A DNA stretch of 64,000 nucleotides from Thermoplasmatota archaeon (GTDB taxonomy: Archaea > Thermoplasmatota > E2 > JACPAO01 > JAHFTW01), in NCBI GenBank assembly GCA_041601615.1, contig JBFIHX010000006.1, positions 115,353 through 179,352 on the forward strand, read 5' to 3'. Positions within the stretch are counted from its first letter, which is position 1; every line of letters starts with the position of its first letter. The position numbers were made by a program, and so were the translations under genes. Shown piece by piece: positions 39,160 through 50,056 of this stretch. The notes below the pieces were generated by a model. That model was not told where the DNA came from and did no database searches. It was given only the letters and a program-made list of their open reading frames with translations.

Positions 39160-39582
39160 GATGCGCGACGCCACGCGCCGAGGTTAATCGTATTCCGCGT
39201 TGCGGGCGGGAAAGGGGAGGGCCCTGCGCCGTGGGTGTGGTGGGGGGGCTGCGGCGCAGGGGGTAATGGGAAGCTGCGAAATGCAGCAGGGTGCATGTCG
39301 CGGGCAAGGCAAGTGGGGATGAACAAGTGGGCAAGCGCGTTGTAGTTGCCTGGTTGGGCTACATTTCTCCGATATTCCCTGCGCCTTTGACAGTTTCGCG
39401 ACGGTCCCCGATTATCCAAAATGGATTATGTGTCACGATGCGGGGCAATTCAGATGAATTGTCCTCATTATAGCCAAAATACTTTTATATTACTCAAAAT
39501 ATTATTGTATCATATAAAATCATTCGCTTCGCAGGCGCGGTCGATTCACGCACTTCATAACCGGAAGTGGGCTGGAACATGC

Positions 39583-40578
39583 ATGTTCCGAGACCGCGTG
39601 CTCCAGCACTACCGCACGAAGGGATACGCCCTTCGAGAGCGCGTCAAGGTACGAGGCCAAAGCGGCGCCGTCCATGCCTGCGACCTCGTCGCACAAGGGC
39701 CGCTTGGCAACCTCATCGTTCAATTCGAAGACTACGGCGGCTTTGAAGGACCGGAACTGGAGTCCGTTCGCCGCATCGCCCGCGACGTAGGCGCCGTCCC
39801 CGTCATCGCCGCCGAGCACGTGGGCGACACCATTCGCCGCCACGCCGACCGCAACGGCGTCGTGATTCTGGACGCAAACGCCCTCACCGCACCTGCTCCC
39901 CGCGAAGTGCTCACCGCAACAACCGGAGGCGAATACCCGCCATGGCCCGCCGTGGACCGACCGCACCGACCCCGCACCGACGGCGACAAAGCCTCCAACG
40001 AACCAACGCGAGCCACGACCACTTCCTGGCCCTCCGACGGCACCGCTCGACCGAAAACCGCCGCGCGCATGGACCCCGGCGACGTAGACGAGCTTGTCAC
40101 CGAGTGGAGCACCCGCGAGGAGCCCCGCCACACGCGCCGCGAAGACCCCGGATTCTGGCAATACAATCGAAAATCAGAGGCGACACCCAAGAAATCCGCC
40201 GCCGCCCCCGCAAGCTCCACTGCGGATGCCACGAATGCCGCCGTCGCAACCGCCACCCACGCCGAGGCACGAGCCGGATTTGGCTGGCTGCATGAACAAC
40301 AAGAGACCGCAAGCCCACAAAGGAAGGGCACCGCGGCACATCCAGAGAACGGCCGACGAAGCACCGAGGCACACATTCGTCCCCCGCCGGTGCTCTTGCA
40401 CAACGTAGACGCCTTCGTGGCCCCCGTTCGCAGCACCCGCGACGTATCGCCCGGTCTCGAACGGCGCCCCGAAACGGCACGACGCACCATGCTCCGATCC
40501 CTGGCAGGCTACGCCATCGCCGGCGCCGCAGCCGGAGCAGCATTCCTAGGAATCGGCCTCATCTTCGGAGCCTTCTGA
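39583..40578 (+). CDS. Mrr-like PD-(D/E)xK domain + disordered linker + C-terminal TM
   Basis: GY...KVRGQSGAVHACDLVA motif, ADRNGVVILD; C-terminal hydrophobic helix. Confidence 0.7.
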   Translation: MFRDRVLQHYRTKGYALRERVKVRGQSGAVHACDLVAQGPLGNLIVQFEDYGGFEGPELESVRRIARDVGAVPVIAAEHVGDTIRRHADRNGVVILDANALTAPAPREVLTATTGGEYPPWPAVDRPHRPRTDGDKASNEPTRATTTSWPSDGTARPKTAARMDPGDVDELVTEWSTREEPRHTRREDPGFWQYNRKSEATPKKSAAAPASSTADATNAAVATATHAEARAGFGWLHEQQETASPQRKGTAAHPENGRRSTEAHIRPPPVLLHNVDAFVAPVRSTRDVSPGLERRPETARRTMLRSLAGYAIAGAAAGAAFLGIGLIFGAF

Positions 40579-40779
40579 AGCGTCCGAATCAACCATCAGC
40601 GCCATGCGGTCTAGGCCCGCGCCGGAAACTTGCGCCATGACATCCTTGCGCATGCGCTCCAAGACCCACTCCTGAAAAACAGGGCTCATCTCGTAGTCCT
40701 CCGGCGGTACCGGCACCTCGCTCTGGCCCTCCATCACAGCTTGTTCGTACGCATCCCAGGCAGCAGGGCGGTCTTCCAT
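40546..40779 (-). CDS. Small acidic hypothetical protein
   Basis: TGATG-coupled to upstream small gene; 3' end overlaps convergent gene. Confidence 0.45.
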   Translation of the reverse strand: MEDRPAAWDAYEQAVMEGQSEVPVPPEDYEMSPVFQEWVLERMRKDVMAQVSGAGLDRMALMVDSDASEGSEDEADS

Positions 40780-40931
40780 CAAACACCACGAGCCCATCCC
40801 GCTTCAAAACGCCATGCGGCAAGCACGAAGAGCAAGCAAGGCGCGCCCGTCGCCACCGCCACAGCGACCACCGCCGCAATCCCGGCGACCAGAAATACAG
40901 TACCCACCGAAAAATCGCGCACCCATTCCAT
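40779..40931 (-). CDS. Small membrane protein (50 aa)
   Basis: GGAG before ATG; single long hydrophobic segment. Confidence 0.45.
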   Translation of the reverse strand: MEWVRDFSVGTVFLVAGIAAVVAVAVATGAPCLLFVLAAWRFEAGWARGV

Positions 40932-41001
40932 CGACTCCGCTCCAAGGGGTTTTGAAGGATTGCCCTCCTGGTACGGGTGGGATGCATGAGGTGATGCCCT
41001 A

Positions 41002-43050
41002 GTGGCTGCAATCGCGGAAGAGCTCGCCAAGGGCCAGAAGGAAATCAGCGTTGCCGAATTCTTCGAGCGCAACCGCCAGATTCTCGGCTTCGACTCGCCC
41101 ACCAAAGCGCTCATCACGAGCGTCAAAGAGGCCGTGGACAACGCCCTCGACGCCTGTGAAGAAGCCAACTTGTTGCCCGACATTGACGTGAGCCTGACGC
41201 CCACCGAACACGACGGCGAATACACACTCACCATCGAAGACAACGGACCCGGCGTCATCAAGAAACAGATGCCAAACATCTTCGCCCGCCTCCTATACGG
41301 CAGTCGATTCCATGCCATTCGCCAAAGCCGTGGCCAACAAGGCATCGGCATCAGTGCCGTCGTGCTGTACGGCCAAATCACCACGGGCCACCACGCCGTC
41401 GTCACCAGCAAAATCGGCCGAGGCCAGCCCGCCGTGCGCATGGAACTGGGCATCGACACCAAAACGAACGAACCCAAAACCTACAGCACCCAAGCAGACC
41501 ACTGGGAGAAGGACCACGGCACCCGCATCGAAGTCGTCATCAAAGGACGCTACCAAGGCGGCAAACAATCGGTGTTCGAGTACCTACGCTCCACCAGCAT
41601 CGTCAACCCCCACGCCAAAATCACCTTCACAGACCCCAGCGGCCAGTCGTTCCTCTTTGACCGCGCAAGCGACGAAGTGCCCCCCAAGACCGAATCCATC
41701 AAGCCGCACCCGCTCGGCACCGAACTTGGCACCATCCTCAAGATGACCAAGGCAAGCGAACACCGCAAAATGAGTACCTTCTTGCAGAAGGAATTCAGCA
41801 GCGTCGGTGCCGACACCGCCAAGAAACTCCTAGCAGAAGCCAAGCTCGAAAACATCAGCCCCGCCGACTTGAGCCGCGACGAAGCGCGCCGCCTGCACGC
41901 CGCCTTCGACAAGGTCAAGATCATGGCTCCGCCCACGGATTGCCTGGCACCCATCGGCGAAACGCTCGTGCGCCGCGGCCTCAAGAAAGAAACCGAGGAC
42001 GTCAGCCCCGAGTACATCGCAACCGTCACACGGCCCCCGTCGGTCTGGGGCGGCCACCCATTCCAAGTTGAAGTGGGCGTCGTGTACGGCGGCAGCTTGC
42101 CCAAGGACAGCCAAGTGCGCATCCTGCGCTTTGCAAACCGCGTCCCCCTGCTGTACCAACAAGGTGGCTGCGAAGGCACCCTCGGCATCCAAGCCGTCGA
42201 CTGGCGCCGCTACGGCCTCGATCAACGCGGCGGCAAAGGCACACCCGTCGGCCCCGCCATCATCCTCGTCCACGTCGCCAGCACCAAGGTCCCCTTCACC
42301 AGTGAGGCCAAAGAAGCGATCGCGCCCATGGACGAGATCCACAAGGAAATCCGCCTAGCACTTCAAGAAGCGGCCCGTGGCCTTGGGCGTCACCTTTCCA
42401 AGAAAGCAAAGCGCGCCAAGGTCAGCGAAAAATTCGACCTCGTCACCAAGATCCTGCCCGAGATCAACCGCAAGGCCGCCGTCATGCTCGGCAAACCCGA
42501 GGTTGACCTTGCCCCCATCGTCTGCAAAATCATGGACGTGGTCTGGATCGACGACGTCACCGCCGAATACACCAAGCTCGAAGGCGCAACCCTCGCAGCT
42601 CCGGCACCAGCCGTGGTCGTCCCATCGCTGCCGCGGGAACCGGGCGCCGGCCCCATGACCCTCGACTCATTTGGAGGCGACGACGCGCCCGAAGCCGATG
42701 AGGAAACCGCCGCACCCGTCGCCGCACCGCCTGCCAAGCCCAAACAAGCCTTCGTAGGCAAAGCGACTGTGCCCATCATCAACTACAAGCAGAAGGCGCA
42801 GGCGTTCAAGCTCTATGCCGTGCTGCCCGACAACGCCGTCTTCGTGGAATCCCAGCCACCCGCCAAGAAAGTCTCCGAGCGGTTCGTGCAGTGGGAGATC
42901 CCGAAACTGAGCCCCGCCGAGCGCCTGGAAATGACGTTCGATGTGGCCGGCATCGGCAAAGGCGACCTGGACGGCATCGACCTGTACGTGGAAGGCATCA
43001 ACGAGATTCACGTCGTGGGCGCCGATCCATGGCACGGAGGGGAGGAATAA
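41002..43050 (+). CDS. top6B: DNA topoisomerase VI subunit B
   Basis: [49 protein letters not shown]. Confidence 0.97.
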   Translation: MAAIAEELAKGQKEISVAEFFERNRQILGFDSPTKALITSVKEAVDNALDACEEANLLPDIDVSLTPTEHDGEYTLTIEDNGPGVIKKQMPNIFARLLYGSRFHAIRQSRGQQGIGISAVVLYGQITTGHHAVVTSKIGRGQPAVRMELGIDTKTNEPKTYSTQADHWEKDHGTRIEVVIKGRYQGGKQSVFEYLRSTSIVNPHAKITFTDPSGQSFLFDRASDEVPPKTESIKPHPLGTELGTILKMTKASEHRKMSTFLQKEFSSVGADTAKKLLAEAKLENISPADLSRDEARRLHAAFDKVKIMAPPTDCLAPIGETLVRRGLKKETEDVSPEYIATVTRPPSVWGGHPFQVEVGVVYGGSLPKDSQVRILRFANRVPLLYQQGGCEGTLGIQAVDWRRYGLDQRGGKGTPVGPAIILVHVASTKVPFTSEAKEAIAPMDEIHKEIRLALQEAARGLGRHLSKKAKRAKVSEKFDLVTKILPEINRKAAVMLGKPEVDLAPIVCKIMDVVWIDDVTAEYTKLEGATLAAPAPAVVVPSLPREPGAGPMTLDSFGGDDAPEADEETAAPVAAPPAKPKQAFVGKATVPIINYKQKAQAFKLYAVLPDNAVFVESQPPAKKVSERFVQWEIPKLSPAERLEMTFDVAGIGKGDLDGIDLYVEGINEIHVVGADPWHGGEE

Positions 43051-43051
43051 C

Positions 43052-44167
43052 ATGGCCGACAGACCGCTCACCAAAGCACAGCGCGAAGCAGCCGCCATCA
43101 AGGCAATGGACGGCATCGCCAACAGCATCTACGGCAACCTCAAAGCCGGCAGCATTCCCGAACTGCAACTGTCCAGCCGCAACAAGAGCAACATCGTCTT
43201 CGATGAAATGCTGCGCGTCTGGAAGTACGGCGCCAGCATGACCACGCGCTCGGCCATGAAGACCGACGGCGCCTACATGCTCCTTCGCACCATGTACATG
43301 TCCGAATTCATCAAGGACATGGTGGGCCAAAACAAGTCCAGCACCCTTCGTGAAATGTACTACATCAGCGAAGGCTGGGAAATGGCCAAATTCGGCGCCC
43401 AGAGCGAATCCGACGGCCTCGCAGAAGACCTGGAGGTCATGACCGGCCGCCTGCGCGAGGACTTCAAACTGCGCCCCGAGGAAAACGGCGCCGCCATGAT
43501 CGGCGACTTGAAGGTCCAGGAAACCACCCGCAATGGCACGCCCCGAACCATCCATTGCCAGGACGACGTGGGCGACTCCGGCTACAACATCCCATACAAC
43601 GTGGAACCGGACCGCCTCAAATTCAAGGACGTCAACATCGACTTCCTCGTGGCCATCGAAACCGGTGGTATGTTTGCGCGCTTGGCCGAAAACGAGTTCG
43701 ACACCAAGGCCAACTGCGGCCTCATCCACCTCAAGGGGCAGCCGGCACGAAGCACGCGCCGCCTCATCAAGCGGCTGAACGAAGAAACCGGCCTCCCCGT
43801 CATCGTCTTCACGGACGGCGATCCCTGGAGCTACCGCATCTTCGCAAGTGTTGCCTACGGCGCCATCAAGACCGCGCACATCAGCGAGTACCTCGCGACT
43901 CCGACGGCGCAGTACCTTGGCATCACGCCCTCGGACATCACCAACTACGACCTGCCCAACGACAAACTCACGGACCGGGACGTGGACGCGCTCAAATCGG
44001 AGATGCTGGACCCGCGCTTCGACGACGAATGGTGGAAGGGGGAAATCTCCTACCAGTTGCAACTGGGCAAGAAATCGGAACAGCAGGCGCTGGCCAAGTA
44101 CGGCTTGGATTTCGTGACCGACACGTACCTGCCCGAGAAGCTCACGGAAATGGGCATCTTGCACTAG
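43052..44167 (+). CDS. top6A: DNA topoisomerase VI subunit A
   Basis: STLREMYY, AIETGGMF, KGQPARSTRR, FTDGDPWS, KSEQQAL. Confidence 0.97.
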   Translation: MADRPLTKAQREAAAIKAMDGIANSIYGNLKAGSIPELQLSSRNKSNIVFDEMLRVWKYGASMTTRSAMKTDGAYMLLRTMYMSEFIKDMVGQNKSSTLREMYYISEGWEMAKFGAQSESDGLAEDLEVMTGRLREDFKLRPEENGAAMIGDLKVQETTRNGTPRTIHCQDDVGDSGYNIPYNVEPDRLKFKDVNIDFLVAIETGGMFARLAENEFDTKANCGLIHLKGQPARSTRRLIKRLNEETGLPVIVFTDGDPWSYRIFASVAYGAIKTAHISEYLATPTAQYLGITPSDITNYDLPNDKLTDRDVDALKSEMLDPRFDDEWWKGEISYQLQLGKKSEQQALAKYGLDFVTDTYLPEKLTEMGILH

Positions 44168-44238
44168 CGGCATTTCCTCGCCCTAGGTGGTCGGCGTGAA
44201 GCGCCGGCGACCTTCGGGGCCAGGGGCGGAGTCTCGAA

Positions 44239-44294
44239 ACGGACACCTACTTGTCCGCGAAGCGCACGGAAATGGGCATCTTGCACTTGCGGCA
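44239..44294 (+). repeat. Degenerate tandem copy of the top6A 3' end (44117-44172)
   Basis: 49 of 56 nt identical by manual alignment at 122-nt offset, including 23 exact nt CACGGAAATGGGCATCTTGCACT. Confidence 0.9.
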
Positions 44295-44421
44295 GCCACG
44301 CACGGTGCACGTCGTCGCCCCGAGTGGAAGGCCGTGTTGGACAACGCAGTTTTGCAATGGTTCACGGACCTGAACGCGAAGGGATAGACGGGAAAGGGGA
44401 GAAGGAGAGCCGCAGCGGGGC

Positions 44422-44931
44422 CTAAAACAGATCAGATTCTGCACTTTTTTGGTACCAGAATGTGCAGGTGACGCTCCACGAGAGCGACCCACTCCAGCCG
44501 ACCCAGCAGTAGAACGGGTCGGACCCACCGCCACCATCCACGTCCGCACAGCGACCCGAGCCTCCGCCCAGGTACAATCCACAGGAGGCTTGCGGGCCGC
44601 CATCGCAGTACGCACCGGCTTGGATCCAGCCATTTCCAGACGCCTCCAATTCGACACCCACCTGGACGCAGTTGACCGCGACCAGGATGCTGCTCAAGCT
44701 GCATTCAAGGCCAATGGAGGAGCCTTCGAACCAATCTTGGTCCAAGAGTTGGCATTCGCCTTCGTCGGAGTCTGAAGCGACGAGACCCGTCTCCACGTCG
44801 TACGAAATGGGAATATCCAGTCGGATCCAGGGGTTGAGGTCGTCGATTTCGGCGGCCGCAGCGCCGGGTGTTTGCAGCAGCACCACGATGAGGAGGGTTG
44901 TGCTGAGTCTGGTAAGGTTTCGTGTGTTCAT
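44422..44931 (-). CDS. Secreted Cys/Gly-rich protein (8 Cys)
   Basis: Signal ending PGAAAA; mature beta-rich acidic region with 8 Cys. Confidence 0.7.
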   Translation of the reverse strand: MNTRNLTRLSTTLLIVVLLQTPGAAAAEIDDLNPWIRLDIPISYDVETGLVASDSDEGECQLLDQDWFEGSSIGLECSLSSILVAVNCVQVGVELEASGNGWIQAGAYCDGGPQASCGLYLGGGSGRCADVDGGGGSDPFYCWVGWSGSLSWSVTCTFWYQKSAESDLF

Positions 44932-45312
44932 GGATTCACTTCCGGGCCAAGTTTGAGGCCAAGCCATGAGAATGCCGCCTGGATTTAATTAGGATTGCCA
45001 TAACATTACCCAAATCGGCCCATAATCACCTAATTTACCACTTATCCAATAGGATTTTGGGCTGATTAGGCCGATTGTAGGGGAACTGATTGTCGTTTGC
45101 CCTTTCATTCATTGCGCCTGAAACGAAAGGTCACCCCACCCCCTAATGCACCGGCCCCAACACCACCAGACGCCGACTAGGCACAAGCCCCAACTCGCGC
45201 CAAAAGCGCCCCCGACAGAAGGAAGCAAAACTCGGAAAGGAACCATACACGGATTCGTCTCAACAAAGGCACTGTCCGATGAATTCATACCCTAGGAATC
45301 AAGGCTTCCAGT

Positions 45313-46446
45313 ATGCGCTTCGTAGTAATGCTCCTGATGACGGATGTCGCAACCCTATCTGGATGCACCGAATCTGGAACAGAAACCCCACCAGAACCAT
45401 CCGAGAACGTTCTGGGCGGCGTGGAGCGCCTGTCCGCGCCCCGTGCATTGGATGCCTCTGGAATCAACAAGACCGTGGAATTCTCCGGAACCTACCAAGT
45501 CTACGAAAACCGGCAAACCACGGGTCGCTTCTCGAATGAACTCGGATTCGACATGGGCCACATCAAGGAATTCGTGTTGGAAGATGCCCCCATCGACATC
45601 CCTGTTCGCATCCTAATTGACGTGGATGCCGGCGTCGATGGCGGCGACATCGACATCTGGCTTGGTGGATTCGCCATGTACTGGACCTACAAATGCAACT
45701 GCCCCTTTGGTGGCCGCTCCTCCATCGACACCATCCTGATTCGAGACGGCAGCGAACCACTCGTTCTGTACCTCCAATACGACGAATTGGACCACCAAGC
45801 AAGCTTCGACTTTGTGCTCACAGTTCACCTGCAAGCGGACCCGGCGCTCTGGCCTGCCGCCGTACCCGTGGCCGTCCCCTTGGACTCCCCTGTGCAAGAA
45901 ATCATCATGCCCAACGCCACCGCCCCCGTTCTCGTCTACGGCCCCGCTGGCGACTGCATCACCATCCTGACAGAACAACCAGCCCGCTTCCTCCTTGAAG
46001 ACCAAAAACCCGGCACATACACATTCTGGCAACAACCCGGAGGAACCCCGAGCCCAGTCATCCTCCTCACCGAGCTCGACGCAGCCCGCCCAGCACCCAC
46101 CATCCCAAAAATTACCTACGAAATGGGCCCAGAGTGGACCGTATCGTCCGGAACCGCCAACGAATGGAGCGAAGCCACCCTCCGCACCCCAGCGCAAGTG
46201 GGCATCTGCATGCGCGGCGAAACGGGCGAATTGAACCCACAATTTTCTCTAACCGGGCCAAACGGAACCCTCCTCTCCTGGACCTGGGACACCACAGACG
46301 AACCGCTCACCGCGACCGTGTTCAACACCTGCCGCTACACCGCTAGAGCCGACGAGCGCCAGGCCCCCGGAACGTACACTGCGCAATTCGAGGACGATGC
46401 AGGGACGGTTGCAACTCTGTTCATCATCTTCGGCTACCTCACCTGA
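45313..46446 (+). CDS. Putative lipoprotein
   Basis: LSGC lipobox (with an atypical Asp in the h-region), beta-rich body. Confidence 0.7.
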   Translation: MRFVVMLLMTDVATLSGCTESGTETPPEPSENVLGGVERLSAPRALDASGINKTVEFSGTYQVYENRQTTGRFSNELGFDMGHIKEFVLEDAPIDIPVRILIDVDAGVDGGDIDIWLGGFAMYWTYKCNCPFGGRSSIDTILIRDGSEPLVLYLQYDELDHQASFDFVLTVHLQADPALWPAAVPVAVPLDSPVQEIIMPNATAPVLVYGPAGDCITILTEQPARFLLEDQKPGTYTFWQQPGGTPSPVILLTELDAARPAPTIPKITYEMGPEWTVSSGTANEWSEATLRTPAQVGICMRGETGELNPQFSLTGPNGTLLSWTWDTTDEPLTATVFNTCRYTARADERQAPGTYTAQFEDDAGTVATLFIIFGYLT

Positions 46447-46683
46447 GGCGCAGCCAGCGGCTTCCGGCGGCAGGCCACGGCCGCCAGCGACGACCAGAAA
46501 TGTAGAGGGGGCAAAGACCGGCCTAAAAACACGATTTTATGAATTTTGTTTATTACTCAAATCGGCATAAATTGACGACGAACCAAGGCAATTACCCAAT
46601 AGAATTGAGGGAAGGAGAAAATCTCACGCGATAGGCTCGCCAAGAGAGGCCGGCGACCCAGAAACGGACCAAAAGTGCGCCGC

Positions 46684-47220
46684 CTAGCTCGGCAAACTCC
46701 CTTCCTTGATGCGCTTGGCTACGAGTTTCCCAAGAGGAGTGACATCGATTGTGTAGCTGCGACCGCGCTTTTCGACGCGGATCAACGGAGCCAGATATTT
46801 GCCGGCAGCCGTCTCCTGATCGATGTAGCGATAGACCGGAGGAAGACTCATGTCGGCCTTCTCTGCCACTTCCTGCGTCGTCGGAACCTCTCCACCCGTC
46901 GCCAGTTCGGCGGCGGCAGACAGGAATCTGTGGGCAGATTTTCCGCTCTTCATGTGCAGTTCAGAGGGGACAGTCCAGGAGGCAGCCTCGGCCATGACGT
47001 CGCCAGGGGCTTTTTCGCCTTCCAAGAGATCCGTGAACGAACCGGAGCCCGCCGCGATTTGGTCGGCCATGTCACGCAGTGCCTCGGCAAAGAACCGGCG
47101 GCGTGCCGATTCCGGAATTGCGTCGGCTGCGAAGTCAACAACGACTTCGATGTTCGTGCCTAGGATGGGAAATTGTGTCTCGTCGTACTCGGTTTCGTGG
47201 GTAAGGGCCACACGGTTCAT
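46684..47220 (-). CDS. Winged-helix DNA-binding protein
   Basis: TTQEVAEKADMSLPPVYRYI...LIRVEKRGRSYTIDVTPLG. Confidence 0.75.
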   Translation of the reverse strand: MNRVALTHETEYDETQFPILGTNIEVVVDFAADAIPESARRRFFAEALRDMADQIAAGSGSFTDLLEGEKAPGDVMAEAASWTVPSELHMKSGKSAHRFLSAAAELATGGEVPTTQEVAEKADMSLPPVYRYIDQETAAGKYLAPLIRVEKRGRSYTIDVTPLGKLVAKRIKEGSLPS

Positions 47221-47348
47221 TAGGTTCACCCCGATACCAAAAAAGACATTGGTGGTTACAAAGCCTGCGCTTTAGGCGCGTGGACGGTTTGGACACGAAG
47301 CATAGGTCGTCCCGACGCATTCATCAGCGTGTTATGGCTGGAGTGTTC

Positions 47349-47504
47349 ATGGAGTCTAGGAAGGAAGCGTTGCGTTGTCTGGAGGAAGCCCAACAGACGT
47401 CTGATCCCATTCAGATAGGGGCAGCAGCGGTGTATGCTCTCCTAGAGATTGCCGACGTGATCAAACACGGCCTTCGTGACGTGATTTATGAGCTTCGAGA
47501 CTGA
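47349..47504 (+). CDS. Small helical hypothetical protein
   Basis: GGAG upstream, amphipathic 51 aa, followed by T-rich tract. Confidence 0.5.
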   Translation: MESRKEALRCLEEAQQTSDPIQIGAAAVYALLEIADVIKHGLRDVIYELRD

Positions 47505-47691
47505 ATTTTCTTGATTGGTTGTTTTTTCTAGCGTGCGCCGCCGGTTTGGTCGAGCGGTTCCACTGGACCCAAACCAGGCCATTCGCGGGCAATTTGGGCC
47601 GTCGAAGGCGCTCGGCAGGAGCATCGAAGAATTTTGTGGGTTTGCGTGTCGCGACGCTGTTTGTTGGTTCCGGATTTCGGCTTGCTTGCAA

Positions 47692-47982
47692 TCAGGATGA
47701 AATCGGCTGGCGCGTGGAGCCGCAGTGGATGCAGAAATGGAATTCCTGGAATCCCCAAGCCACCGAGCCACATTCACGACACATTGGCCGCTGGAACGAA
47801 ACGTCCTGGGTTGCGCGCAGAAACGGCCAGGAGACGGCGCTGCTGGTCAACAGGAGGGCCGTGACGAGGCTCAAAGGAGAGGGGAACCCAATGATTGCGG
47901 TCTCGACGATGACCAAGAGGACGGCAAGAAACGCAAGGACCGCCAAGCCCCAACCGATGGCTGGGTAGATTCGAGAACCCAT
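47692..47982 (-). CDS. Two-TM protein with C-terminal zinc ribbon
   Basis: CRECG...CIHCG after two hydrophobic helices. Confidence 0.7.
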   Translation of the reverse strand: MGSRIYPAIGWGLAVLAFLAVLLVIVETAIIGFPSPLSLVTALLLTSSAVSWPFLRATQDVSFQRPMCRECGSVAWGFQEFHFCIHCGSTRQPISS

Positions 47983-48104
47983 ACCCACCCTTGTCGCGCC
48001 CACCAGACTAGATTGCTATGGCAAAGCGCCGGAATGGACCTGGGGCTGCGAGCACCGTCGGCCCGAACCAAACACTCTTGTAGAAGGCCAATCACTCCAA
48101 GCAT

Positions 48105-49058
48105 ATGGCGAGGGGGGACCTCATCGAGGAGGTACGCTTGGTCATGGCCCGTGCGGGGTTTGCCGTGAGCGAGCGCTGCGACCTGCGTCCCGTGAGTTTT
48201 GACTTGGTCGCTCGCCGCGACCGCCACCTACTGATTCTCAAGATTCTCACCAACGTGGACGCCCTCAGTGAACCCGTTGCCCAGGAAATCAAACTCCTCT
48301 GCAAATTCCTGGAAGGCCGCCCGGTCTTGGTGGGGCTTCGAGCCGGCACCGGGGCCCTCGAGGACGGCGTCGTCTACTGCCGTCACGACATCCCCATCGT
48401 CACCCCCGCGACTCTGGAAGCGTACATTCTCTCCGGCGAAGCCCCCATGGTGTTTGCAGCACCCGGCGGATTCTACGTCCACCTCGACGCCGCCGCCCTA
48501 CGCACCGCCCGCATCGAACGGGGCCTCAGCCTCGGCGTGATGGCAAGTGTTGCAGGCGTTTCCCGGCGCGCCATCCAAATGTATGAAGAAGGCATGAGCG
48601 CCAGCATCGACGCCGCCGTGCGCCTCGAAGAATTCCTACAATCGGAACTGATTCGGCCCATGGATCCGCTCTCCTCCTTCGACCCCTCGCGCTACGAGGA
48701 ACCACCCGCCCAAGCAGGCACAGACCCGGTGCAGCAACTACTCACAAGGCTGCTGCAAGGGCTTGGATACGAAGTGCGGGCGACCCAACGCAGCCCCTTC
48801 AACGCGCTTTCTACCCAAGAACGCCACACATTCCTCACCGGCATCGGCCCCGACGCCGCATCCATGCAGCGCCGCGCCCGAGTCGTCCATTCGGTCAGCC
48901 GCATCACGGAGCGCCCGGGGTTCTTCGTCGTCGAGCGCACCACGCGCACAGAACTGCACGGAGTCCCCATCCTCAACCGCGAGGAATTGCGCCGCGTCTC
49001 GGACCCCGAGTCCTTCCTCGAATTGATCCTAGAGCGTGCCCGCTCCAAGGAATCGTAG
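48105..49058 (+). CDS. Archaeal Cro/C1-type HTH regulator (COG1395-like)
   Basis: FDLVARR, KILTNVD, LEDGVVY.RH, AAPGGFYV, GVSRRAIQMYEEG. Confidence 0.9.
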   Translation: MARGDLIEEVRLVMARAGFAVSERCDLRPVSFDLVARRDRHLLILKILTNVDALSEPVAQEIKLLCKFLEGRPVLVGLRAGTGALEDGVVYCRHDIPIVTPATLEAYILSGEAPMVFAAPGGFYVHLDAAALRTARIERGLSLGVMASVAGVSRRAIQMYEEGMSASIDAAVRLEEFLQSELIRPMDPLSSFDPSRYEEPPAQAGTDPVQQLLTRLLQGLGYEVRATQRSPFNALSTQERHTFLTGIGPDAASMQRRARVVHSVSRITERPGFFVVERTTRTELHGVPILNREELRRVSDPESFLELILERARSKES

Positions 49059-49135
49059 CACGCCCGCCCCTCCAGCACAGGCCTAAGGGCCTGGCGCCTT
49101 TTGGTCGGTCGCTCGAGGCGCCGTCTCCCTCCGGA

Positions 49136-50002
49136 TTAGAGACTGATTTGGCCCGTGGCGCTGCGCATCTGCATATCCCAGAAGCCCCAGGCCGCGAAGA
49201 ACAGGGCAGGCACGCCGAAGGCGCCCATCAGCAGGAACAATCCCAGAGACTTGCCGGGGTACGGCTTGAAGCCCACGGATTCGCTTGGCTCCCAAGCATT
49301 GCGCAGAATGGACCCAAGCGCGAACGCCATGGGCGCAAAGAACACACCAACAACGCCGGGATACAACAGCCAAATCATGACTTTCTGCATGTCTTCGACC
49401 GCCTTGTCCTTGATCTCGAAGGCACGAGCGGCGTTGGCATCCATATCCTTGAACTCGAAGGGAGCCGAGGCAATGAGTTGCTTGGCGCGTTCGTCGTCCT
49501 GGTTGGCGACGATCGGCTTGAGCGTATTGTAGAGCGCGTGGTTTGGCTCCAATGCAGCGCGGCGCAGCAACGCCTCGCTTCGAGCCGTCGTCACGTCCTC
49601 GATGCTCGCTTGGAACACCGTGGCGTTCTCCTCCTCGCCGTTTGCCTTGGCCTCGTCGTACTTGGCAGTAAGGACCACCAATTGCCCATCCGCAGCCTCG
49701 ATGGCCGAGATTTGATCCTCGTAGTCTGCCTGTCCGACAGCCTTGACGAGACGAGCATCAAGCGCATCATACATGCCCGCTTGGGAGTCCACTTGGAAAT
49801 TGGCAAGCATCAGGAAGACGGCGGCCGAGAGCACAACGCCCACGACCATGGCGGCGCCCACTTTGCGCACTCCGTTCGGGTCCGTGTCCGCGTGCTTGCG
49901 CGCAAGCGAAACTGCCCAGAACCACAGGAGCGGAAAGAGCGCCGTTCGGATCACGAACAAGCCGTATGCCTTGATGCCGTCCACAACGGCCCTGCCTCGC
50001 AT
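49136..50002 (-). CDS. Membrane protein with extracellular coiled-coil loop
   Basis: About four TM segments flanking a long helical region; start inferred. Confidence 0.7.
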   Translation of the reverse strand: MRGRAVVDGIKAYGLFVIRTALFPLLWFWAVSLARKHADTDPNGVRKVGAAMVVGVVLSAAVFLMLANFQVDSQAGMYDALDARLVKAVGQADYEDQISAIEAADGQLVVLTAKYDEAKANGEEENATVFQASIEDVTTARSEALLRRAALEPNHALYNTLKPIVANQDDERAKQLIASAPFEFKDMDANAARAFEIKDKAVEDMQKVMIWLLYPGVVGVFFAPMAFALGSILRNAWEPSESVGFKPYPGKSLGLFLLMGAFGVPALFFAAWGFWDMQMRSATGQISL

Positions 50003-50056
50003 TGGTCGCCGCGACGAGGGGCCCTTTTGAAAAGACTTCGACGCCGTCATGTAGCC

